A stretch of DNA of 64,000 nt from an uncultured Chloroflexia bacterium. GTDB lineage: Bacteria; Chloroflexota; Limnocylindria; Limnocylindrales; CSP1-4. Shown here in pieces: positions 1 through 7,236 of the stretch. The notes beneath the pieces are model-generated. The model searched no databases, had not been told where the DNA came from, and saw only the letters and a program-made list of their open reading frames with translations. Made by a program: the position numbers and the translations under genes. Each line of letters begins with the position of its first letter. Within the stretch, counting starts at the first letter, position 1. Where the stretch lies: contig CAVWFY010000008.1 of assembly GCA_963754485.1 (NCBI GenBank), forward strand, positions 198,754-262,753. The letters run 5' to 3'.

Positions 1-75
1 CGAGAGGGAGCCCTGCGGCGGCGAGCAGCGCCACGACGCCAGGGACGTCGGCCGGGGTCGACCGCTCGATACGCA

Positions 76-903
76 TCAGCAGCAGCCGTCACCGCCGCAG
101 CAGCCCGAGCTCGCGAGCGGCAGCTCGCCCCTGGTCGAGGCGATTGCCGCCGAAGCCACTGGGACCTCCGACGGGGAGCCGGCTGGCTTGGTCGCCCGCA
201 CGATCGCACTCACCATGCCGTCGGCCACCGCATGCATGGGCGTGAGGGAGACTTCCCTGAGGCCGACGGCCTCCAGCCCCGCCCGGAACTCCGAGAACGA
301 GAGCGCCCCCGCGATGCAGCCTGCGAAGGTGCCGCGCTCCGCCCGCTGGTCGAGCGTGAGGTGGTCCTCGGCCACGATGTCGGTCACGCCCATGCGCCCG
401 CCCGGCCGCAGGACCCGGGCGATCTCCCGGAACACCGCGGGCTTGTCGGCGGCCAGGTTGATGACGCAGTTGCTGATCACGACGTCCACCGACGCCGACG
501 GCAGCGGGATGGACTCGATGTGGCCGCGCAGGAACTCCACGTTGGTGGCGTCGGCCTCGGCCGCGTTGCGCTGGGCCAGGGCGAGCATCTCATCGGTCAT
601 GTCGAGGCCGATGGCCCGCCCGTTGGGACCCACGCGCTTCGCCGACAGGAGGACGTCGATCCCGCCGCCGGATCCCAGGTCCAGCACGCGCTCGCCCTCG
701 TGGAGCTCGGCGACGGCGGTGGGATTGCCGCACCCGAGCGACGCCAGGACGGCCGCATCCGGGAGATCCGCGCGGTCGAGGGCCGTGTACAGCCCGGATC
801 CGAAGGTCTCGGGTTCGGCGGAACAACACGAGCCTTCGCTCGCCTGGACGGCCGCGGCCGCGTAGTGGGCGCGGACCTCGTCGTGGATGGACTCGGTGGT
901 CAT
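76..903 (-). CDS. arsM: Arsenite S-adenosylmethionine methyltransferase
   Basis: SAM motif VLDLGSGGG, SLGCGNP, VISNCVINL, GCIAGA; Cys pairs at both termini (SCC, GCCGGDGCC); divergent from an ArsR gene. Confidence 0.92.
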   Translation of the reverse strand: MTTESIHDEVRAHYAAAAVQASEGSCCSAEPETFGSGLYTALDRADLPDAAVLASLGCGNPTAVAELHEGERVLDLGSGGGIDVLLSAKRVGPNGRAIGLDMTDEMLALAQRNAAEADATNVEFLRGHIESIPLPSASVDVVISNCVINLAADKPAVFREIARVLRPGGRMGVTDIVAEDHLTLDQRAERGTFAGCIAGALSFSEFRAGLEAVGLREVSLTPMHAVADGMVSAIVRATKPAGSPSEVPVASAAIASTRGELPLASSGCCGGDGCC

Positions 904-948
904 TGGTTGCTTCCTTGCGCTGGTCGGTGCCTCGTGGGGCTGTCACGT

Positions 949-986
949 TATTGATACTTGACCATATCGATGTTTGTCAATACCAT
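949..986. promoter_or_regulatory. Putative ArsR operator overlapping the arsR promoter (TTGACC-N17-TACCAT)
   Basis: Inverted repeats TATTGA(949-954)/TCAATA(977-982) and TTGAC(958-962)/GTCAA(976-980) around an ATCGAT core; -35 at 958-963, -10 at 981-986, ATG 7 nt later. Confidence 0.6.
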
Positions 987-993
987 GCGGGGC

Positions 994-1296
994 ATGAAGC
1001 GGCTCGTCGACCCGGATGCCCTGCTGTTGCAGGGAGCGGCGGACCCCACCAGGCTCTCGATCCTGCGCCAGCTCGCGAGCGGCGAGGGTGTCTGCGCCTG
1101 CGACTTCAGTGCCTGCTGCGACGTCGCCCAGCCAACGGTCAGTCACCACCTCAAAGTGCTGCGGGAGGCCGGCTGGGTGCGCTCGGAGCGGCGCGCGTCA
1201 TACGTCTACTACTGGCTCCGGCCGGACGCCGTGGAGCGCTTCAGGACGATCGCCGGGGAGTTCCTGCCGACGATCGGCAGGGTGTCCCGTGGCTGA
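994..1296 (+). CDS. arsR: ArsR/SmtB family As(III)-responsive repressor, probably leaderless
   Basis: ADPTRLSIL, VCACDF metal site, AQPTVSHHLKVLREAGWV wHTH; start chosen from promoter geometry. Confidence 0.88.
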   Translation: MKRLVDPDALLLQGAADPTRLSILRQLASGEGVCACDFSACCDVAQPTVSHHLKVLREAGWVRSERRASYVYYWLRPDAVERFRTIAGEFLPTIGRVSRG

Positions 1297-1615
1297 CCCT
1301 GGGCAATCGCGCGATCGGCGGCTCCAGCTCGCCCTGGGCACCTACGCGGTGCTCGTGTTCGGCGTGCTCTGGGTCGGGTTCGCGTTCGGCCTGATCGCGG
1401 GTGGTCAAGCCTTCGCAGATGCCTGGGCATGGCTGAACGGCCTGGACCCGGTTGCCCGGATCGCGGCATGGGTCCTGTTTCTGCCGATCGCGGTCGGGCT
1501 GTGGGCATGGAATGCGGCCCTTCCGGCGCCGGTCGTTGTCGCTGTCCTCGTCGGCCTCGTCGCGTGGACGCTGGTCGCCGGTGGGAGCCTTGTCCGCGCC
1601 GCCAGGCGACGCTGA
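1289..1615 (+). CDS. Small integral membrane protein of unknown function (108 aa, about 3 TM helices)
   Basis: GTG start overlaps the arsR stop; hydrophobic, Trp-rich, GC3-biased codons. Confidence 0.7.
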   Translation: MADPGQSRDRRLQLALGTYAVLVFGVLWVGFAFGLIAGGQAFADAWAWLNGLDPVARIAAWVLFLPIAVGLWAWNAALPAPVVVAVLVGLVAWTLVAGGSLVRAARRR

Positions 1616-1672
1616 GCGGTACTGCGCCGCGGACGACGCCCGCGACGCAGCGTGATCAGGCGGTGGCTCCCG

Positions 1673-2323
1673 TCAGAACGGGCGGCGGGAGTCGTAGCTG
1701 ACGACCAGGTCCTGCTCCCAAGCCTTGGTCATCTGGATCTGGGCGATGACGCCGGCGGCCGCGACGACGCCCCAGATCAGGATCCAGAACCAGCCCTGGA
1801 GGTAGACCGCCGCGAGCGGTCCCGCCCCCAGCTCGTCCGTCTTGATGATGCCCAGGACCAGCGCGATGCCGGCGGTCAGCCAGGACGCCCCCGCGAAGGC
1901 CGTCAGGATGATCGCGACGTACTTCGGCGCGTTCACCACGAGAGCCACGACCGCGACGGCCACGCCTGCTGCGATCGCGATGATCGCCGTCAGGAAGCCG
2001 TCCGCGTTGAACCCGATGGCCTCGAGCAGGCCGAGCGCGACCGCATAGCCCAGGACTCCGCCGAGCACGGCCACGGCGCCCCACCAGTAGAACCAGCTCA
2101 GCAGCGCGAAGATGACGGCGAACACGACGCCGACGACGATCCCGAGGACGCTGGCCAGGAACCCCTCGCCGAGCAGCAGCGACATCGCGCTGGCGCCGGT
2201 CATGAAGCCGACGAACAGGCCCCAGATCGGCAGCAGCAGCAGGAACCACCGGAACCCGGCGAAGCAGAACACGGCGCCGAGGACGATCCCCAGCAGGCCG
2301 ACGACGATGCCCTCGATCGACAT
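1673..2323 (-). CDS. DUF4203/TM7S3-like multi-pass membrane protein
   Basis: N-terminal GAVFCFAGFRWF-type motif and about 7 Gly-rich TM helices. Confidence 0.72.
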   Translation of the reverse strand: MSIEGIVVGLLGIVLGAVFCFAGFRWFLLLLPIWGLFVGFMTGASAMSLLLGEGFLASVLGIVVGVVFAVIFALLSWFYWWGAVAVLGGVLGYAVALGLLEAIGFNADGFLTAIIAIAAGVAVAVVALVVNAPKYVAIILTAFAGASWLTAGIALVLGIIKTDELGAGPLAAVYLQGWFWILIWGVVAAAGVIAQIQMTKAWEQDLVVSYDSRRPF

Positions 2324-2470
2324 GGATCCATACCCCTCACTCCCGGCCGGTGCCGCCCAACCTGAGGGGACCACCCGCCGCGCGGATCATACCGTCCGCG
2401 ATCAAGCGCTCGGGTGCGTACCCGGCAGGGCGCCCGGCACGGATGGCCGCAACACCCGATCATGGGGCCG

Positions 2471-3040
2471 ATGACCACGCCCGCCGTCCTCGACCCCTGG
2501 CGCTGCCCCCGCTGCGACGCGGACCGAGCCGCCGAGGACGACTTCTGCGGCCGGTGCGGTGCCCGGCGGCCAAGGTCGGACGCGCCGGCTGCCTCCGTCG
2601 GGGCCGCGCCCCAGCGTCCCGAGCGCGACGGCGGCTTCCCGGTGAAGCGGGCCCTCATCCTCAACGGGATCATCCTGGGCGCCGTCCTCGCGGCCGTCGT
2701 GTTCGGCAGCAACGGCGGCCCGGGTGCGATCACGTTCCAGCCCGCCGCGTGGCGCTGCGACGGCTCGGAGCGCGTCTGGACGGCACCCATTCCTGCCCGC
2801 GCGCCGGAGATCCGCATCGAGTGGCGCGTCGGCGGGCCAGAGGGTGAAGTGCGAGCGAGCTCCACGACTACCCGCGCCACCCTCGAGCCCTATCTCACGC
2901 CGGACGGCACCTTCCGCGTCACCACAACGGACACGACGGCCCCCGAGTGCGGGCTGGAGCCTGGCGATTACACGATGACGCTGCGCGACGCAGACTCGAA
3001 CGCGCTCCTCGCCTCGGGGACCGTGGAGCTTGCGCCGTAG
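2471..3040 (+). CDS. Zinc-ribbon, single-TM, extracellular beta-domain protein
   Basis: CPRC...FCGRCG zinc ribbon, TM LILNGIILGAVLAAVVF; GATCAT -10 element 7 nt before the ATG. Confidence 0.7.
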   Translation: MTTPAVLDPWRCPRCDADRAAEDDFCGRCGARRPRSDAPAASVGAAPQRPERDGGFPVKRALILNGIILGAVLAAVVFGSNGGPGAITFQPAAWRCDGSERVWTAPIPARAPEIRIEWRVGGPEGEVRASSTTTRATLEPYLTPDGTFRVTTTDTTAPECGLEPGDYTMTLRDADSNALLASGTVELAP

Positions 3041-3041
3041 G

Positions 3042-4058
3042 TCAGTTGACGGGGATGAGCGCCAGGAACTTGCCGTCGCGGCCTGGGTACCGGCCCTCGG
3101 GACGCTTCCAGGGCAGGTAGTTGCGCTTCATCTCGGCCGCATCCTGGAACACTCCGGCCTTGTCCGACCGCCCCCAGATCCGGGAGACGCGCGGGTACCA
3201 CGGGTCGATGATGTAGGCCCCGGTGACTTTGGCGTTGGCGAAGACCGTCGGGTCCGCGTCGGCCCTGTAGCCCGTCATAACCCATGCGTGGGCACCACGC
3301 CAGGCGAGGAGGATCGCCGCGTGACCGGTCTGCTTGATCGCCTTCGCGGAGGCACGCAGGGCCTCCGCCCGCGTGTCATAGATGCGCAGCTCGTAGTCGA
3401 CCTTGCCCAACTCCTCGAGCGAGGCGACCATGCCCAGCGGGCCTGCGCCGCCGTTTCGGCTGTCCTTGCGCGTCGTCAGGTCGACCTGCAACTCGCGGAT
3501 CCGCGCCTGTCGGGGACGCGAGGTGTCGATACGGCCGGCCGGGCCGTTGACGTTGAGGGCGATCTGGACCGCCGCCGCGGCACACCACGTGTTCTTCGCC
3601 TCGGACACGAACGCAGCGGCGGGCTTGGGCTCGATCTTCACGTTCACGGGCTTGCGGGCGGGCTTGGGGGTCGGCGTGGGCGACGGGACCACCGATGGGG
3701 AGGCCGGGGCCGGCGGCGAGGCCGCCGTGGATGCGCTGGGGGCCGGGCGGGGCGATCGCGAGCCGATGACCGCGACGGGCTGGGTCGCCTTCGGGCTGAA
3801 CGCCTCGCTCGTGAAGGCGCCGGCGACATTCCATGTGATGAGGCCGATGATGAGGGCGGCCATCACGAACGCGACGAAGCCGAGGTCCTTGCGCATCGCC
3901 GGGTCGCCGTGAATCCGGGGCGGCGGCGGGGGCTCGTAGACCACCCCAGGCTCCACGACGGGGCGCGGCACGGCACCGGGGGCGTGGCCGCCGCCGGTGG
4001 GTCGCCGCTTGGGGACGGGCAGATCCGCCCTCGGGTCGTGGTCGGTCAATTCGAGCAT
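3042..4058 (-). CDS. Membrane-anchored C39-like (papain-fold) cysteine peptidase
   Basis: TM helix, Pro/Ser/Thr linker, then WCAAAA...GAHAWVMTGY...IIDPW, giving a Cys-His-Asp triad. Confidence 0.72.
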   Translation of the reverse strand: MLELTDHDPRADLPVPKRRPTGGGHAPGAVPRPVVEPGVVYEPPPPPRIHGDPAMRKDLGFVAFVMAALIIGLITWNVAGAFTSEAFSPKATQPVAVIGSRSPRPAPSASTAASPPAPASPSVVPSPTPTPKPARKPVNVKIEPKPAAAFVSEAKNTWCAAAAVQIALNVNGPAGRIDTSRPRQARIRELQVDLTTRKDSRNGGAGPLGMVASLEELGKVDYELRIYDTRAEALRASAKAIKQTGHAAILLAWRGAHAWVMTGYRADADPTVFANAKVTGAYIIDPWYPRVSRIWGRSDKAGVFQDAAEMKRNYLPWKRPEGRYPGRDGKFLALIPVN

Positions 4059-4197
4059 GCCCCTGCAGGAGCGGAGTATTGCGCGCCATGCGATGTGGTG
4101 CCCCGTGGAGACGCAGAGGGCCGAGACGGTGTGGCGCCGCGGCCGCCGAACTCTGACCGAGCCTCACTGCTGCAGGTTCCCACCGCTATCCATTGTG

Positions 4198-4230
4198 GTA
4201 CTTGCGCAAGTACGCAATAAGCCGTATGGT
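4198..4230 (+). promoter_or_regulatory. 16-bp perfect palindrome GTACTTGCGCAAGTAC overlapping the -35 of a TTGCGC-N17-TATGGT promoter
   Basis: Palindrome 4198-4213; -35 at 4202-4207; -10 at 4225-4230. Confidence 0.6.
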
Positions 4231-4266
4231 GGCGGTCGCCCCACACCACCGGCTGAGAGACAACCC

Positions 4267-4770
4267 GTGCCCGCTTCCTGTCCGCTTCTCGCGCTCCTCG
4301 ACCGGCGCCTCCTGCTCCACGCCGCCTTCTGGACGGTCGTGTCCGGGGTTGCGTTCGGGCTGGTCACGGCGATCATCCCGAACCCCGTGTTCGGGCGGCA
4401 GATCCCGCCCGAGGTGTTTGCGATCGGCGTGTGGCTGGTCTCCGCGCCGCTCATGGGCATCGTCATGGCGACCTACACGGCGCCGGTGACGACGTCGCCC
4501 ATCCGGCTGGTGCCGCTGGGCCCAGCGGAGGCGGCCGCGGCCCGGGGGCGATCCACCACGCTCGGCAGCCTCGCCGGGTTCGGCGCGTTCCTCGCCATCG
4601 GCTGCCCGGTCTGCAACAAGATCGCGCTCGTGCTCCTGGGTACCTCGGGGGCGATGTCGGTCTACGCGCCCATCCAGCCGCTGATCGGCGCCGCGTCCCT
4701 CGCCCTGCTCGTGGTGACCGCCGCCTGGCGCCTCCGGCTGCGGGCCACCGGAGCTGCCTGTCCGGCCTGA
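4267..4770 (+). CDS. Integral membrane protein with intramembrane CPVC motif
   Basis: About 4 TM helices; LAIGCPVCNKIALVLLG; start at GTG 4267 is approximate. Confidence 0.72.
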   Translation: MPASCPLLALLDRRLLLHAAFWTVVSGVAFGLVTAIIPNPVFGRQIPPEVFAIGVWLVSAPLMGIVMATYTAPVTTSPIRLVPLGPAEAAAARGRSTTLGSLAGFGAFLAIGCPVCNKIALVLLGTSGAMSVYAPIQPLIGAASLALLVVTAAWRLRLRATGAACPA

Positions 4771-4777
4771 CCATCCC

Positions 4778-4794
4778 GGCGACCGGGGGTCGCC
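4778..4794. terminator. GC hairpin between convergent genes (possible terminator, no U-tract)
   Basis: GGCGACC-GGG-GGTCGCC inverted repeat. Confidence 0.35.
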
Positions 4795-4799
4795 CCGGT

Positions 4800-6116
4800 T
4801 CAGGTGGCGGGGCGAAGCGTCGCGAGCGGGCCACCCAGACCGGTGTGCGCGAGGACCAGCTCCGCGAACAGCGCGTTGGCCCAGCCGAACCAGGGACGCG
4901 TGAACCGCCGCGGATCCGACGGGTCGAACGACTCGTGCATGAGGCCGGTCCCGCCATGCGTCCACTCCAGGACATCGAGCAGGCGGTCGCGATCGTCGGC
5001 ATCGGGCGCAGTCAGCGCCTCTGCGATGACGCCCAGGTGCCAGACCCAGCCGGGTGGCGTGTGCGGGCTGCCGATGCCGGCGGCAACGGTTCCCCGGGCG
5101 AACCACGGGTTCGCCCCGGACAGGACGAGGCGTCGCGTTGCCCGGTAGACCGGATCGTCCGCCGCGCACCAGCCGAGGTAGGGCAGGGCGAGGAGGCTGG
5201 GAAGGTTGGCATCGTCAGCGAGGAGCGCGCCGCCCTGTCCGTCCACCTCGTAGGCCCAGACCCTGCCGTGATCCGGGTGCTCAACGCAGCCGTGCTCGGC
5301 GATCCCGGCCAGGATCTCCGCACGCAGCGACGTCGCCTCGGCCGCCAGCGGGCTCCGCCCGGTCGCCTCGGCCATCGCCGCCAGGGCCGCCAGGCCCACG
5401 GTCGCAAGCATGTTGCCGGGCACGTGGTACCCGTGGGTGCAGGCGTCGTCGCTCGGCCGGAAGCCGGACCAGGTCATGCCGGTCGGGACGGTGAGCGGAC
5501 CGCGTCCATTCCGGCCGAGGGTGTCGATCGGCGGGGCGCCCGGGCGCAGGAACCGGTATGCGGATCGTCGCTCGTGGTCCTGCTCGGTCCGCCATGTCGC
5601 GAGGATCTGGGCTGAGGCGTCCGCGAAGCCCTGGCCGAGGTGCCCCGTGCGGCCCGTCGCCCGCCACAGGTCGTGGGCGAGGAGCAGCGGCCACGACAGC
5701 GAGTCCACCTCGTACTTGCGCTCCCAGACCTCCGGGTGGGGCAGCGGCCGGTCGCGACGGTCGCCCGGTGGTCCGGGCATGACGTTGAACGCGTTCGCGT
5801 ACGGGTCCAGGCAGACGAACGCCAGCTGGCGCCGGACGACGGCCTCGAGCAGATCGGCGATCCACGCGTCCGTGGCAGCCAGCGCCAGGTACGGCCGGAC
5901 CTGCGCCGCGGAGTCTCGGAGCCACATCGCCGGGATGTCCCCAGTGAGGACGAAGGCCGTCCCGTCCGGGAGGCGGCACACCGTCGTCTCCAGCGCGTTC
6001 CGGAAGCAGGCGCGGAACATCCGCGCGAGCATCGGGCGGCCGGGGAGCGCGCGGGCCACGTCGGCCGACAGGTCGTCGATCGACTCGGGGACCGGCTGGT
6101 GCTGGCGGGAATCCAT
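4800..6116 (-). CDS. Glycoside hydrolase family 125 (exo-alpha-1,6-mannosidase-like)
   Basis: FVLTGDIPAMWLRDS, DPYANAFN, WERKYEVDSL, DDANLPSLL, MHESF, FTRPWFGWANALF; TACCAT -10 7 nt upstream. Confidence 0.92.
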   Translation of the reverse strand: MDSRQHQPVPESIDDLSADVARALPGRPMLARMFRACFRNALETTVCRLPDGTAFVLTGDIPAMWLRDSAAQVRPYLALAATDAWIADLLEAVVRRQLAFVCLDPYANAFNVMPGPPGDRRDRPLPHPEVWERKYEVDSLSWPLLLAHDLWRATGRTGHLGQGFADASAQILATWRTEQDHERRSAYRFLRPGAPPIDTLGRNGRGPLTVPTGMTWSGFRPSDDACTHGYHVPGNMLATVGLAALAAMAEATGRSPLAAEATSLRAEILAGIAEHGCVEHPDHGRVWAYEVDGQGGALLADDANLPSLLALPYLGWCAADDPVYRATRRLVLSGANPWFARGTVAAGIGSPHTPPGWVWHLGVIAEALTAPDADDRDRLLDVLEWTHGGTGLMHESFDPSDPRRFTRPWFGWANALFAELVLAHTGLGGPLATLRPAT

Positions 6117-6183
6117 GGTTCCGATGGTAGGCGCCGGATCCCAACCCCGATAATCGACCCCATCAGCCAACGAGGAGACCATC

Positions 6184-7203
6184 GTGGATCGCTTGCGCGT
6201 CGCGCTCATCGGACCGGGCTTCATCGCCCAGCGCCATCTCGAGGTGCTCAGCACGGAGCCCGGGGCGGAGCTGGTCGGGATCGCGTCCCGCAGCCTGCCG
6301 AAGGCCGAAGCCGCCGCCGCCCGGTTCGGAGGGCGCCCGTACGACGACCTCGAGCGGCTACTGGACACGGAGCGGCCGGACGCGGTCTGGGTCTGCGTCA
6401 CTCCCGACGCCCACGGCGCGCTGGAGTTGGGGCTCATCGAGCGCGGGGTCCACCTGTTCGTGGAGAAGCCGCTCGCCGCCGACGCTGCAACGCCGGAGCG
6501 CATCAGCGCCGCGGTCGACGCCGCCGGCCTCATCGCGGGCGTCGCCTACCACTGGCGCGCGATGGACACGCTCCGCGAGCTGGAGGACGTGATCGCGAGC
6601 CGTCCGGTCAAGCTGCTCAACGGCCACTGGCACGACAACCTCCCGGGCGTCGCGTGGTGGCGCGACATCGCGACCAGCGGCGGTCAGATGGTGGAGCAGG
6701 CGACCCACCTCGTGGACCTCTCGCGCAGGCTCCTGGGCGAGGCGACGGTCGTGGCCGCCACCGCCGACCTGCACCCCCACCCGGACTTCCCCGAGATGGA
6801 CGTCCCGGACGTCAGCACCGCCATCCTCCGCTACGACGCAGGGCAGGTCGGGACGTTCACTGCCACGTGCATCCTCGGTGGGACCAGCGCGCAGGAGATC
6901 CGCCTCTTCGCCGATGACCTCGCGATCACGGTCCGCCAGCAGGGGGTCCTGTACGAGGACGCCCGGACGAAGGCGGTCACCGCGACGGACGGGTTCACGG
7001 GCAGCCGCCTGTGGGGCGTGACCGCGACCCGTTATGTGCCCACCGGCAACGACCCGTTCCGCGACGAGAACCGCGCCTTCCTGGACGCCATCCGCCACGG
7101 CGACGCCTCGCGGCTGTTCAGCTCCTACCGGGACGCGCTCCGCACGCACCGCCTGACGTGCGCGATCCGTGATGCCGCCGGGGGCGTCGCACCGGCCGTC
7201 TGA
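6184..7203 (+). CDS. Gfo/Idh/MocA family oxidoreductase
   Basis: VALIGPGFIA Rossmann motif, HLFVEKPLA, GGQMVEQATH; SD GAGGAG upstream. Confidence 0.9.
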   Translation: MDRLRVALIGPGFIAQRHLEVLSTEPGAELVGIASRSLPKAEAAAARFGGRPYDDLERLLDTERPDAVWVCVTPDAHGALELGLIERGVHLFVEKPLAADAATPERISAAVDAAGLIAGVAYHWRAMDTLRELEDVIASRPVKLLNGHWHDNLPGVAWWRDIATSGGQMVEQATHLVDLSRRLLGEATVVAATADLHPHPDFPEMDVPDVSTAILRYDAGQVGTFTATCILGGTSAQEIRLFADDLAITVRQQGVLYEDARTKAVTATDGFTGSRLWGVTATRYVPTGNDPFRDENRAFLDAIRHGDASRLFSSYRDALRTHRLTCAIRDAAGGVAPAV

Positions 7204-7236
7204 CGATTCCGCGGCCCGCATGCGCCGCGCAGGCCT

